A stretch of 64,000 nt of DNA from Chrysomallon squamiferum (GCA_012295275.1 CM022672.1:23374001-23438000); one strand, 5' to 3'; shown: positions 1-13,598, counted from the first letter of the stretch. A program made the numbers and translations. The notes: a model not told the origin generated them from the letters alone.

Positions 1-1264
1 AACAAGATTATTTAGCATTAAATCGTATAAATAGAAAAAAACGAACAAGGAAAAAGGTTTATTTCCAGAACGCCCAGTATTTCTTAGCGGAATTGGATTT
101 GGGTTACACATTTCGTTTTGAATTTCAAAACATTTTAGTATCGCATTACTTGTAGAAACTGCAGCACCGTGTTATTTTGTTTTCATTCTTATTATTAGAT
201 CTGTAGACTGCTCATAATAATCAGCGATGTCCTTAAGACATCAGTATTAATAGAGAAAGGGTTTGAATCCTCATATCGACTCTTACATAGCTTGTCTAAT
301 ATTTCAAATATCTCTAACTAACTCCCCAAATTTATCACCCAACGCTAACACTGTCTTGGACAGACTGAATATGCCGTACAATTTGAATCTGCAGTGGTGG
401 TAGACAAGTTTCAAACTGTTACTTTGACCGATTATTCTCAATGATTTTATTTCAGGCATTGATTTGTATCTTTCTTTCATTGGGAAGGTGATGTAAAATA
501 TTAGTTGCTGCAAATCGAAACAAAAGTCACTTGATCGGATGGTAGCAGTGTCTTTTGAATAATGCTTAACCACACATACAAACACACACACATATTATAT
601 ATTTATATATAGCATCCTATAACCATTGTTTAGAAATGCGTCATTAAATAAAATATTTGTTTTTCACTGAAATAATTATACTGATGGTGGAGGTATATAA
701 TGTATATAAAGATGACGATGATACTGAAAATGATATATATTTTTTTTTAGATCAATTTTCTATTTTCTTATTTAGAAACCAAACAGGAAATGTTTATCTT
801 TTAAAACAATGCCCTTGGGCCCGCCACAAATATGTAGTGTAAAAGAGATTAACTTTGTTACCGTTTTTCTTAATGTATTTATTAAACCTATTACGGTCTA
901 CTGTCTCAGCCAGTTAAAGTTGCTATGTTCCTGGCGAGATTGTGTCTGGGCTGTTGGCATGATTGTGCTAAATCTCCAGTGTTGTTCTTACTGGCAAATC
1001 TGTTCCCACCAAACCTACTGATAGCAACAGTATGAAAGAGACATTCGTTAAAATTCAGTTGTCTCTTTTAGTGTCATGTGGCTAATAAGTGAAAGGTTAA
1101 CAGAAATAGTAATTAGTGGTATGAATTAGTCATAATGTTAGCCTTATTTGTGTTAATGTTATATTCAGCTACGTTTGCCTCGTGAGTCTCTGTATCTGTT
1201 AGCCATTTGTATTTTAATGACTTTAGTATGTACGTACATACGCTTGTACGCATGTATGCATTTA

Positions 1265-1445
1265 TGTATGTATGTATGTATGTATGTATGTATGTATGTA
1301 TGCATATATGTATGTATGTATGAAGGCACGCACGCAAGCACTGATGTAAATATGTATGAATGCATATTTCTCTGTGTGTGTATATATATTCGTGTACATG
1401 CATTTATGTATGTATACAAGTATACATGTATGTATATATGTATTA
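1265..1445. repeat. (TATG)n-derived microsatellite
   Basis: Visible tetranucleotide repeat with degenerate flanks. Confidence 0.9.
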
Positions 1446-3684
1446 TGATTGCTTTTATCTTGTTTCTTGTTGTATAAGAGATCTTTTTCTTCTCTCATTT
1501 TCTCTCATTAAAATAATCTTTTGTACGCATTTATGCACTAATAATTCAGTAACTGCTAGCAACATAAACGATTTTTAAAGAGAGTAACCATGATTATTCT
1601 CGAGTTTATATTTCTAGATGTGTTGGAGATATTCATTCCCTTTTCATAACTGAAATCTTGTGCAGGTGTTCTGTGTGTAGATTGATTAGACGATGAACCC
1701 AAGTCGACGCTGATGGAAAAATCGGCAAAAGCTAGACAGATTGTAAACAAGCAAATAAATCCTGATAAATCCTGAGTACATCCAGTAGTGGTTTTCGTAG
1801 ATATATAACAATTAGCTCAGTTTGGCTTATATTTATTAGCTTTTTTCTTTTCCTTTTTTTAATAAGTGTCACCCTTCGGCGTAAGAAGATGTATTAGGTT
1901 TGTTTTATAATTCCTTGTTTTCCACTGAAACGACAACAACTTTGAAACTGAAATCGTATTACATAGTATTTTCCTGTGACAAATATCATGTAGTAGGGGC
2001 GCCTTTGTATGTTATATAAATTCCTGGAACTGCCTCTGAAAGCGTAGCGTCAACCTTCAGTAAAGGAATGCATTAGTGTTACCTTTTAGCACGAACGAAC
2101 GGGCATTAAGCCACTGATATGTTTAAATATGAAACTAATCACCGTTTTAAGTAAAAACATTAATAACATTACTTGTAAGTGCTACTCTGTATTAGACTTT
2201 CAAATTTATTTTCTCGTTGTTTTCTTTTCTTTCGATGGAAAGATAAAACAAATTAAGATGGATAATAACAATAAGCAAATGCAAAAAACAAGCAAAAAAC
2301 AAAAAACCAAAAAAAAACAACCAACAAAACAATCATCAAGCAAACAAATAAAATAATAAATAAATAAATAATGATATAATGAAATGAAAAATAACACTAA
2401 CTGAATAGATCAAATGTAAAAATGAATAATAAGAACTTTCAGATATTTTTGGTTGCAGCGTGTCAAAGGAACAGGATCAGACAAAAGTAAAACGACAGAT
2501 CAAGAGAGCGAGATAGACACTATGACGTGTAGGAACTTTTTTTTTGAAAATCGATAATGATTTCCTTTCTGTTACTGAAGCTCATCGAGAAACTTCAGAA
2601 TGTCATGCAACAAGTATAATTAGCATAGCATTTAAATTAGGTTCTTGAAAATTCTGAATGACACTGGAAAGGAAGCAATTTCTTGAAGTCGTTTATTTTT
2701 AAAATTATGACACCCAGCCTTATTTCGCTTGATATGTTTAATGATGCCATAGCAAAATTCTTAGGACAAAATGATGTAAAATCTCATTCCTCTCCTCCTT
2801 AATTTTCTTTTGTTTAAAAAAAAAAAAAAAATAAAATAAAAAAAAAAAAAAAAAAAGAAAAAAAAAGCAGAACTCTTGAGGCCAGAACATGTTATTTCAA
2901 TTCTGTAAATTTCCATTTAGTTCCTGACTTTGACAAATACGCGAATTCTTCAGAGAAATGCTCATCATGCCTAGAAGATGTCAGAAAGTCAAAGAAGTCT
3001 TACTTTTGTATTGGATTTATACTCATGGAACACATTAGTTAGAAAAAAGAAGCCTATCAAGTTTGTCCGTGTGACTAATTAAACGAAAGACAGCTAAGTG
3101 TCATTACAATTTGCAATTCAATTAGTTTGCAACTGTTGACTGTCAATGGTAACTTTTGGCGTATAGCGAGGAAATGCCACTTAACAAGACAATAACAGCT
3201 GTCTGCCATACTCATAATACAGAGCATTGCTTTAAACAAAATTGAAGCTGTCTGAAATATTTCAATATATTCTGAAATATTAAAAATATGTATCCATGAA
3301 CACTCATTAATACATACATACAAACAAGCATACATACATACAAACAAGCATACATACATACAAACAAGCATACATAAATACATACATACATACATACATA
3401 CATACATAAAACTACAATGGTACATTGACGTACAAGTTTAATGCGTTCCGAGGCCGAGCTCGTAACTCAATTTGCTCGTATATCAAATCAGCATTCCCAA
3501 TTAAAATTAATTGAAATACCATTAATCCGCTCCAGCCCCCCAAAACCACCCCAATTTTTTGTAACGTGTTTTTAGATAAGAAAAATGTATTTAGAAATGA
3601 CAATATTGTATAAAAACAAAACATAAGAAAATGTAAAGAAATAAATTGGTTTTGTAAAGTGTATTTATCTTGGAGATTAGACAA

Positions 3685-3901
3685 ATTATTTTAACGCCTT
3701 TGGCTGAGTTACAGCCTTTGGTTACTCCTTCTGGTTCAGTGTAGTACATATTGTTGACGTACTACGCTGGTACAGCCTTGCCAAGTCGATTATATGCACA
3801 CCTCGCTCATGTTTTTCTATGATTTCATGCTTTAATTCAATGGACATCATCCGCTTCTTCTTCTCAGCACTGTCCTTTGCACTCACTTTCTTAGGATTCA
3901 T
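3685..3901 (-). pseudogene. Truncated Tigger/pogo transposase N-terminus (CENP-B-type/psq HTH)
   Basis: MNPKKVSAKDSAEKKKRMMSIELKHEIIEKHERGVHIIDLARLYQRSTSTICTTLNQKE* resembles the Tigger HTH domain. After the stop and a frameshift it continues roughly KAVT-AKGVKII. No DDD catalytic domain is present. Confidence 0.85.
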
Positions 3902-4037
3902 GGTCAGAAGAATGAAATTTGGCAAAACACTGCACAAAATGCGAACACAACACAACAGAAATAGTTACGCGGTGAGGTAACCACGTGAGATGTAAACAAG
4001 TGAGACGCGGGATGCTGGCCGGAGGTTGTCTTGTTCG

Positions 4038-4053
4038 CTGCGCCATCTAGCGG
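4038..4053 (-). promoter_or_regulatory. CTCF-like motif inside the Tigger element
   Basis: Minus strand CCGCTAGATGGCGCAG fits the CTCF core consensus CC(A/G)(C/G)(C/T)AG(A/G)(G/T)GGC(A/G). Confidence 0.45.
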
Positions 4054-6698
4054 CGGTGTGTCTGAAGCTCGCTCATAACTTGGATTTTGGCTCGCAACTC
4101 AAAGCAACAAATCGACCGCGCAACTGCTCATAACTCGGAAAGCTCGTAAGCTAGTGCACTCGTAAGTCAAGGTACCACTGTGTATGTATAGAATATATTT
4201 ACAAATACACATACATAAATGTTAAGCATATTTTTTTCTGATCTATTAAATACCTTTTCTGTTTATCAAAGGCCTTTCATTCGATGGTATTTCCTATCTG
4301 TCATGAGCCATTATCTTATTTTGTATCTGTTATGCGCTATTATTTGTTCTTTTCTATTTTTCGCAGACCATCATATATTTTTTTTTTCTATCTCTCACAG
4401 GCTGTTATTTATCATTTCCTATCTTTTAGAGGCAATTATGTTCTTTCCAGTCTATCAAAGATACCACGATTACGTATATTATGTTTCAAACCTAATAGCT
4501 GTTGATAGAACAACGAGTTTAAGCATCATTAAACCCTACTCATTTATCATCTTCTTAAGAAGCGTATTTGTTAAAACGGGCATATTACTTTAAAAAAATA
4601 CTGCAATTTAAATACTGAATACGAAGTTTATACGAACCTTTAAGCTTCCTACGTGAAATATATATATAAATTTAAAAAACATAAAAACATTCCATCAAAT
4701 CTACTCTACGGAATGGTCTGAAATGGTTTTTAACGTTCTTTTTCTCCATGACATGCTATAAGATAAGTACATTTTCGGTCTTAAATTTCCAGAAAACAAA
4801 TATGTACTGAAAATTACTCGCAACATCTAACTGATTGCTTTGGGATAAAAAACCTTTTTATTAGAATCGATAGCTTCGTCGGGAATATTTTAAAACTACA
4901 AGCGATTACGAGGAACTGAAGGTGAAAGATACTAAACGATTTTGACAGTTATTTATTAAAATGAAGCCAGGCGATACATTTGGCCTCGACTGACACGGGT
5001 CTGCAATAAACACCGCTTACCGTTCAGGCATGTGTCATGCTAATAGACATGTTTTTAACAAGCCTGTGTGGTGAGTTCTTATCTGTGAACAATCGGGTAA
5101 GACAGGGCGTTATGTGTATGGAATTAATTAAAGACATTTCTCGCTGTGTTTTGCTTTGCATCTCAACGATAATTGAAGGGAAAGATAAACAAAACTGGCT
5201 GTAGACAACTCCCAATTAGTTGTAAGAGCGCTAATAAAGACAAGACAACATACCTGAAGGGTTCTGATCCTTATATCCAAAACGTATCAGTTAAAGTTTG
5301 CCTCTTAACTTAACTTATCTCTATTAAATAACCCAGATATCTGATGACTTTATTTTCTTTTTTGTAGATTCTTGTGTGTTGAGTATATGGTAACTGAGTA
5401 CGTTTGTAATAAGTGAACAAAAACAAAGCTGTTGGTAGACCTTGTCCTCACAAACGTCATGCATAGAAAATAACACAACATCATGCAAAATATCAATAAA
5501 ATGCTTTTGTTTGTTATTGAAATGCTATTGTTATGAGCACTTCATACCACGAAACCCTTTCCCCACAATCACACAACTGTTTACAAACAATACATTGATT
5601 ATTGATTATAAACAATCATTTCATAGTTCATATGCTTATCTGTTAATTTGCTTATGTGTTATAATAATATTGTTAATATACTTTACCAAAAATTTATTAG
5701 AGACCGTAACAAGCATATTTGGTATTATATTTACCAAACTTTGCAGTGCATAGAATGAACCGTTTGCTTTGTGTTAGGAAGAAACCATTTGTTTCAAGAT
5801 AAAGCCATGTTTATTTTTATTTGCAAACAAACGGTTTATTTTTTTTAGACGTGGTCTTTAAATCAATTGTTTTTTGTTTTACTATTTTTTTTTTTTTTGG
5901 TTGTTTGGTTGTTTTATTTTTATTTTTATTTCTTTCTTCTTTTTATTTTTTATTATTATTTTTTTTTTTTTTGTTTTTGCTAAAACGGAGATAAATGTCG
6001 GCAAAACAAGAAGCTGTTTAGTTAGTAAACCTTCGATCGTGGAAAAAGAAACAATGTCCTGTCTTCCATCTAAATTATGTCCGTTTCATTTGTCATCTTA
6101 ATGTTGCATTTTCTTCTCGAAACTGACTTTTGTAAAGACGTTAAAAGTGTTTCGTCTAAAACGGGCTTGATGATAACAAGGTAAATGCACTCTTGAAACA
6201 AGTTATCGTATGACAAGGTAATCTCGTAATAGAGAAACTCACTGCAGATAACAATTCACTGTCTATTAATCTAGCTCCAAAGAACGAGGATGATGTTCTC
6301 TGTTGATCGTGTAGTATTTGTTTGAGAATAGTGAAGGTTTTATGAATGCATCATATATGCATGTATGTAAGGATGTATGGACACATGTATGAATATATAT
6401 GTATGTTTGAATGGGTGCATTTTCATTCATTATTTTAATAAATGCATATACATGCAGACCTAAAATTGTTTTATTCATACATTCTATCCTAACATAAATG
6501 CATATACATAAACATGCATACATATATTCATACATGCGTCAATACATCCTTACATACATGCATATATGTGTGTGTGTGTATGTATGTTTGAATGGGTGTT
6601 TGTTTCTTTATTTTAATATGTATCTGCAAACCTCAAATTTCTATGTTTTTTGTTTTATGTTTATTTCTAATAAATAAATAAAGAAACGCCGAAGTGTT

Positions 6699-6700
<2 letters not shown>

Positions 6701-6786
<86 letters not shown>
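6701..6786. repeat. (TC)n microsatellite
   Basis: Perfect dinucleotide run. Confidence 0.95.
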
Positions 6787-6789
<3 letters not shown>

Positions 6790-7683
6790 AAAGCTACAAG
6801 AAGAACAAGAACAAGAAGAAGGACAATAATTACAATAACTACTACTGTTACTACTGCGGTTACACGCGACTGCTTTTATTGTTACTATTGTTATTATTTC
6901 CACTAACACTACTACTACGACAAGTATTACAAATCCAAGAACTAGATTATACAGTATGTGAAGATAGATATATTTCCAAACGGGTCCGGTCTTTATTACA
7001 AATTCGAAAAATCAATATTTATATACAAAAATTTGAACAAATTAGAAAAATATTTAAAAAATACCGTAATAATTTGAAAAAAAAAAAAAAAAAAAAAACA
7101 ACAACAGAAAAGAAAATTATTTATATTCCTGCCTGCAAAAGAGTTTCAAATTCAACAAACATTTTTTAAAAGATAGTTCCTAACCGCTCGATATTCTGTA
7201 TATTTTGTCATTTGGAAGATAAATGACTTGATTATGAGAAACCTTACCATTATGGCTTTCTTGGTTAATAGCTTTGCGGGCAGCATGCAGAGACTCTCAA
7301 ACAAAGCGTTATGTCCCTGGGACAAACTGAAAAACGCTGAACAATAAAGAGTCGCCTCTAACGGTCGTCGCTTCTTCCTTTCTCATACTCCCCTGCTCGC
7401 TCGCCGCAAATTAATTAACCACGATTCGGCTAATAACAATGTGCAATGGTCGAGAATAGGCACAATGGATGTTCGGTAATTAGGAACCCCCCTCCCGAGA
7501 TTTATTATTATTTTATTAGGTTAATGTACAGATATGACCAGAATGAGTCTATGTCAAACGCTGATGCATAAAAAGACACTCTGTAGGTTCGGTTTTAATT
7601 TTGCATTCATATATACATATATACATTTACATACACACACACACACAACATATATGTATATATCTATTATGCATTATATATAT

Positions 7684-7684
<1 letters not shown>

Positions 7685-7754
<70 letters not shown>
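7685..7754. repeat. (GATA)n microsatellite
   Basis: Perfect tetranucleotide run. Confidence 0.95.
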
Positions 7755-8659
7755 CACACACAGATATACACACGCATAGTATTTCATATTCGCTGTCTGT
7801 GTCTCTGACTTTCTGCCTCTTTATACAAGTGTATAATTAATGTCATGTTTCGTATAATTATATATGTCCGACCGTTAACCTCACTATAAAATAGATGAAA
7901 TGAACCATTTTTGATGTTAAAGAAAAAAGAAAGAAAGAAAAGATTTCTTAGACAAATAAACGACTAGCTGACATCATCGAACCGGAGGGTTAAAAGTCAG
8001 TATCAACTGTGGCTTCATAGTTACTTACCTAAAACACTGTGACCTTAAAAACTCTTCTCCATACTGGAAATAGCTCTTAAGTAGGTCTCATGACACATAC
8101 GTTTGTCCGCTTATATAATTAATTAGCTGCACCATATATCTGTCTTGTATTCTGATTGTCTATCTACATATTTATTTCTGTGTCTGTAAGTCATCCAACC
8201 AAGGAGTTAATGAATTAATCAAATAATCCAAACCATATCTATCAATCTGCTTACCTACCTGCCTAGTCAGACAGATAGACAGATAGACAGAGAGACAGAC
8301 AGACCACACACAGACACACACACAGAAACACACACTATCACCACCACCACCACCACCACCACCTAATCTACCACCTAATTAATCTTTAAATATTTAATAG
8401 AAAAACAAAACAATACCATATATTAATTATTTTATCTGCGTCGACCATCTTAACCAGTCACTGAATTATAGAATGTTTTGCTTCTACATAAATAAGTCAT
8501 GGCACGAATATATAATACAATTCCACTGAGGATGGTAATGATAATTGTATTTTTCGATGTTAGAATTTGAATAAAGAAAAATTCAATAATAATTGGTTAT
8601 TTTTTTTATGAAAAAAACGATGAAAATTGCGAAAATGAAATTATAAATAAAGAAATAAA

Positions 8660-8770
8660 GAAAAATAAAATAAAATAAAAAATAAAATAAAATGAAATAA
8701 AATGAAATAAAATAAAATAAAATAAAATAAAATAAAATAAAATAAAATAAAATAAATAAATAAATAACAG
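8660..8770. repeat. (TAAAA)n/(TAAA)n simple repeat
   Basis: Visible penta- and tetranucleotide run. Confidence 0.9.
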
Positions 8771-9406
8771 ACAAACAGACACATAAATAAATATATAGAT
8801 AAACAAGGAAACAAACAAACAAATAAATAAGTAAATAAATAAATAAATATATAAATGTCAGACGTGATTTGTAAAGAAAAGCAATTTATTTTTTCTTAAG
8901 TGTTTCGCTGTAATAGCTAATCGTTTTACTTTAACATCAAATCACAATAAACGTTTGCTAAAATGATTTATTCATGACTTTTATGATAGCAGCAACATCA
9001 AAGGCAAAGAAATGAGAAAGAAAAATCATTAACATCTGGTAAAGAAAAAGCTCCTGGACAACAAAGGTTAGATTCACATTATTCTAATTTCAATATATTT
9101 TATTATTTCAAACAATGATTAATTTCTTACGAAGTGTTCTGTTTGCGTTAAATATCCTGTGAATCAGGTTTTGGAAAACAGCCGTGGTGCCATCTGTGAT
9201 TTTGATGTACCTTCCAAAATAACGATGGCTTATTATTCAAAGTAGCCTTACTTTAAAAAGTATTGTCTTAGTTACGTTATTAAATATGATGTTAAAATGA
9301 ATGTTTGGTGGTGTATGCAAAAAGCCTGTGTACACATAAGAAATGAAATCACAAAAAAAGCTGATAAATCATTTCTTAAGTATCCTCATTTTTTGCTTAA
9401 ATGCCG

Positions 9407-9451
<45 letters not shown>

Positions 9452-9460
9452 TCTCTCTCG

Positions 9461-9493
<33 letters not shown>

Positions 9494-9536
9494 TCTTTCT
9501 ATTATCTCTCATTTTTATTTATCCCTCTCATTTTCT

Positions 9537-9820
9537 TATTATTATTATTTTTATTATACCTTATTTATATAGCACATTTTCCATACTAAATAAGTTAAAT
9601 GTAAACAAATAAACTAAAATGTAATAAGACATGGACATAAACATATTAAAATGTAAACATAATGTGAACATGATGGTAAAAATAAATGTCATATTTCAAA
9701 ACTGTATAAGATAATTAATAGACTAGTTTGAACATTTTAAAATTGGAAAAATACAACATAACTAATTAAAGAAATGAATTTGAAAAAATGGGTCTTTAGT
9801 AGTGTTTTGAATGAGCTGTT
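9537..9820 (-). mobile_element. 5'-truncated L2/CR1-group LINE 3' end
   Basis: Minus strand 9817-9782 encodes SSFKTLLKTHFF, matching the FKxxLKTxLF C-terminal signature of L2/CR1-group ORF2. An AT-rich 3'UTR follows, ending in ...GGAAAATGTGCTATATAAATAA and an (AAT)n tail. Confidence 0.65.
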
Positions 9821-11041
9821 GTTAAACAATCAAACAATAGTTCGCACTATATGAAATTACCTACAAAAGTATTGTTTTATAAATATATCTGTCTATACGT
9901 ACGTTGTATACATAGTTATATACATACATATAAACGTATATACATCCAAATATACATACATACAACATACATTTAAAAATAAAATACACATAACTAAATA
10001 AATAGCATATAGTAAGGATTCATGAAAGATGATTTAATAATCTTTGTGATTTCATTTTGTTAACAGAAAATAATAACATCCCCACACCTATACAAAACCC
10101 AGTAATGGATTATTTGTAAATTCCACACATACTTAGAGTTGTTTTAATTAATTAACTAATTTATTTATTGATTACTTTTCTTTAAAACCGATGCGAAACA
10201 GCCAGAAATGCATTCTTTTCGGCTTGCTGTAATTATTATTGTCTTATTTTATTTGCGACACGATTATTGCCGGAAAAACAATTACTTGATTCCTTCTGAA
10301 GTTGGTTAATAATGGTAATTGAACATTTCTAAGAAAATAAAAATAAAAAACTGAAATAAAATGACATTAATAAAGAAATGTCAAAAAAAAAAAAAAAAAA
10401 AATAAAATAGACTCAGAAAAGAAGAAAAAAAAAAAAAAGACGAAAAAAAAAGGAAAATCGCTTAAGAACAAGACTACTACTATTCGTACTACTACCGACA
10501 ATAATAATAAGACTACTACTATTGTTAGTACCGTTAAAAATAACGATAACTATGTTGATGATAGAAGATAATAACAATAAAATGCCACACTGAAAAAAAA
10601 AAATAAAGAACTAAAACAAAGAAATCTCCCAGTTTCTGACCTCCAAATAATACACATATATCTTTCTGTATTAATTAAATCTTTTTCATATTATAGCAGT
10701 AGTCGAAGCAATAACCGGTTTTGGTTATTATGTAATTTCCTCAACTGCTACAGATTTAGAAGGCATTTGCCTCATAAATGTGACATATAAGATGAATTTT
10801 ACATCCTCAGAGCTATAATGATAAATGGCGGTAATTTATCTAGAAAGGTTTTGCAAATGCATTTTCATATCACTGCAAGTACTGAAGAAATCAGTCTATA
10901 ATTATTTTTTCCATTACTCGGTAAAAAAGAAAGATACATTATTTTTATTTATTGTCTTTTGGTTGTCTTAGACAGACATATCAACGGACAGATAGATAAA
11001 TATAAAGATAAATAGATAGATGGTTATATGTATATGTATAA

Positions 11042-11195
11042 TTTTGAAATATGACATTTATTTTTACCACCATTTTATCAAGTTCGCTATTATGTTTTCA
11101 TTTATTTTAATATGCTTATGCCCACATGTCTTTTTATATTTTAGTTTATTTAGTTTACAATGTAAAGCACTTTGAATAATAGTTTAATAATAATA
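11042..11195 (+). mobile_element. Second copy of the same LINE 3'UTR, opposite orientation
   Basis: 11042-11069 is the exact revcomp of 9674-9701 (28 bp), and similarity continues to about 11160. It ends with the L2-like TGTAAAGCACTTTGAA motif and AAT repeats. Confidence 0.6.
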
Positions 11196-11308
11196 GTATA
11201 ATTATAATTTTAATAAATACACACACACAAACACACACACACACAAACACACACACATACAGAGATTTAGTGGAAAGACAGACATACATAAATAGAGATA
11301 ATAGAGAT

Positions 11309-11315
11309 AGAGAGA

Positions 11316-11398
<83 letters not shown>
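11309..11398. repeat. (AG)n microsatellite
   Basis: Near-perfect dinucleotide run. Confidence 0.95.
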
Positions 11399-11402
<4 letters not shown>

Positions 11403-12179
11403 GAGGAAGAAAAAGAGAGAGAGAGAAAAGAAGGAGAAGAAAAAGAAGAAATAGTGAATGAAATGAACCCTAACCATTATAACTGTTTATTTTTCTGTCT
11501 GTCTTTAGACGTATTTAATTTACCTCAAAGGTTTTTCTCATATTACAAAATAGAGCCTGAAGTGACGCATTTAAAACCAGCGGACACTTCCAGCCGCTTC
11601 CCATTATACACTTTATTTATTATTAAAACTCGTAATTTCCCGTATTTGATAAAACCGACAAGGAAAACCTTCAGTTACTGGCTAAAGCAACAAGCAAGGA
11701 AACAATCTTCTTCTTATCTGTGAATTCCGTGTCACACATAATAACCATCGACTTATAACTTTCTTTCCTAATTCCCAAGTGGTCGTAAGCGAAACACATT
11801 AAAGCTAATTGAGTATAGCTGAATGATGTCGAAATATTCTTCAACACATAAAGAAACTGTTTCTGCGATTTGCTGCTGATAACCACAGGCGGATCACATG
11901 TTTGTACAAGCGAGGTCAGACTGTGTCGACCGTCTAAGTTGTGTTTTTTTTTTTTTTTTTTTTTTAGGTTTTTGAAGAATTAAGATGGAAATATTAGTTT
12001 ATGTGTAAAATTTATGTTTTTTATAAAAAGAAATTTCAGTGTTGCTGTTTTCTATTTTAAATGTGTAATAGAATAAACTAAAGACCAAAAAAGAATTAGC
12101 TCACGATATCTTTAATATCTATAACTTTCATTATTTATCGTTGATAGAACTGTTGTTTTCCATTTGTAATGTGCGAGTT

Positions 12180-12191
<12 letters not shown>

Positions 12192-12247
<56 letters not shown>
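12192..12247. repeat. (TG)n microsatellite
   Basis: Perfect dinucleotide run. Confidence 0.95.
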
Positions 12248-12250
<3 letters not shown>

Positions 12251-13317
12251 TTATTGTTTATAACTGGAGCTTGTGAATGGGTCCATGAAAATAACGATTC
12301 GAAGTGTTTTGTCTTAAAAACGTTCTGTGATAACTGTAATATTTATAGCACGATAATATTCGATTCAGGTGCTATTAATTTTTTTACTTTTAATATTATC
12401 TGTCAGTTCAGAACTTCTAAAAGCCATCATTCTTACTTTCTACTCATAATCGACGACAAGCAAGAAATGTTCTCGTAATTTTGTTTTTAATAACTATTGA
12501 TTAATGTGTCTCTAAATTTCATTATCTAAATTGATTTACGATCTGTTACATTCTAGCTGTATCGAGTCGATTAGGTGTGTGTTAATAAATACAGTTCAGG
12601 TGTGCATCGTGGGTGAAACAAAATGGACAACAGAACATATTTTCAAAATAAACTTGCAGATCCTCGTTAAGCTGCATACTCACCGTGCGATTAGTGTTTA
12701 CAGAATTCTAACATCTGTTAAGATGCGTTCACACAATCCAACTTGTGATAACTTTGTATTTCCAAAATACTTAAGAGATGTTCATTTTTGGCGGCGTTAT
12801 CAGCCACACGACCTGGAGAATTTACAAAGTTCAGATATCTGTAGTTTACACTGTATCACTCTCACTGTAGAGCTCTCACGCTGCGAGTCTGAATGTAAGT
12901 CCTACTCAGCAACTCGCAGCAAAATAATAATAGCATTTATTGTTCATTTAAGCTGTATTCGCGCTTTAAGCGACTTGTTGTAATATTTCTTTACAATAAC
13001 GTGAAAGATCTGCTTTAAACGACATTCAGAGGAGGCGATCTGCTGCAAGAGCTGATAGCATTTTATCTGCCTTGTTTCTAATAATGATTCGTTTTCACTG
13101 GGCAGTGATATCCGAAAGCGAACGAATTATCATGATTATAACATTCCAAATAATATCACGTTCCCACTAAGGAGTTTGTAAAAGTAACATGTAAAATATA
13201 GTTAGTAGTCTGAGGAAGAACAAAAAAAAAAAAAAAAAAAAAAAAAGAAAGAAAGAAAAAAACGAAAAGTAAAAAAAATGATATTAAAAATCTAAATATT
13301 TAATTATTCGAAGCGTC

Positions 13318-13374
13318 TTTACTCCACCAGATGATTCATTCGGCGAAGATAATCTCTTTTACATATGTATGTGT
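13318..13374 (+). repeat. 57-bp direct repeat, copy 1 (left flank of SINE)
   Basis: tttactccaccagatgattcattcggcgaagataatctcttttacatatgtatgtgt matches 13599-13655 at 53/57. Confidence 0.9.
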
Positions 13375-13379
13375 GTATG

Positions 13380-13594
13380 TACTTACGTAGCTTAGGATTT
13401 CGAATATTCTGTGTCTTATGTACGTCTGAATAGACTCTGTACATAGACAATATTCGGGAACGCACTGGCGCAGAAGGACAAAGTCCAATCACGACCACAC
13501 AAGCCCGTCAGATACCGCTGACGAGACTCGAACGTATGACACACATTCGCCCGCACTCCGAAGGCGGACGATGTTACTGTTCGGCCATAGAGAC
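13380..13594 (-). mobile_element. tRNA-derived SINE (tRNA-Arg(TCG)-like head)
   Basis: Minus strand reads GTCTCTATGGCCGAACAGTAACATCGTCCGCCTTCGGAGTGCGGGCG...GTTCGAGTCTC. It has an A-box-like TGGCCGAACAG (13587-13577), an anticodon-loop-like CTTCGGA within a CCGC/GCGG stem, and a B-box GTTCGAGTCTC (13533-13523). A tRNA-unrelated body follows and ends in TACA repeats. It does not form a complete cloverleaf. Confidence 0.7.
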
Positions 13595-13598
13595 AACT

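Larger units (their letters stand above)
3415..4180 (-). mobile_element. Tigger/pogo-family (Tc1/mariner superfamily) DNA transposon, internally deleted, about 766 bp
   Basis: 23-bp TIRs: caatggtacattgacgtacaagt (3415-3437) versus revcomp of 4158-4180, cagtggtaccttgacttacgagt (19/23). TA precedes the left end and TG follows the right end. Subterminal GCTCGTAA-like repeats occur at both ends, and there is an internal transposase N-terminal remnant. Confidence 0.9.

Noticed and set aside
5789-6202. Possible MITE with ttgtttcaaga / tcttgaaacaa ends
   Set aside because: Only an 11-bp inverted match in AT-rich DNA, with no TSD.
12531-12983. 150-aa non-repetitive ORF
   Set aside because: Starts at TTG, has no domain signature, and its composition is typical of AT-rich non-coding DNA.
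13505-13594. Functional tRNA-Arg gene
   Set aside because: The acceptor stem does not pair, the A box is degenerate, the variable region is over-long, and it continues into a SINE-like body and tail.
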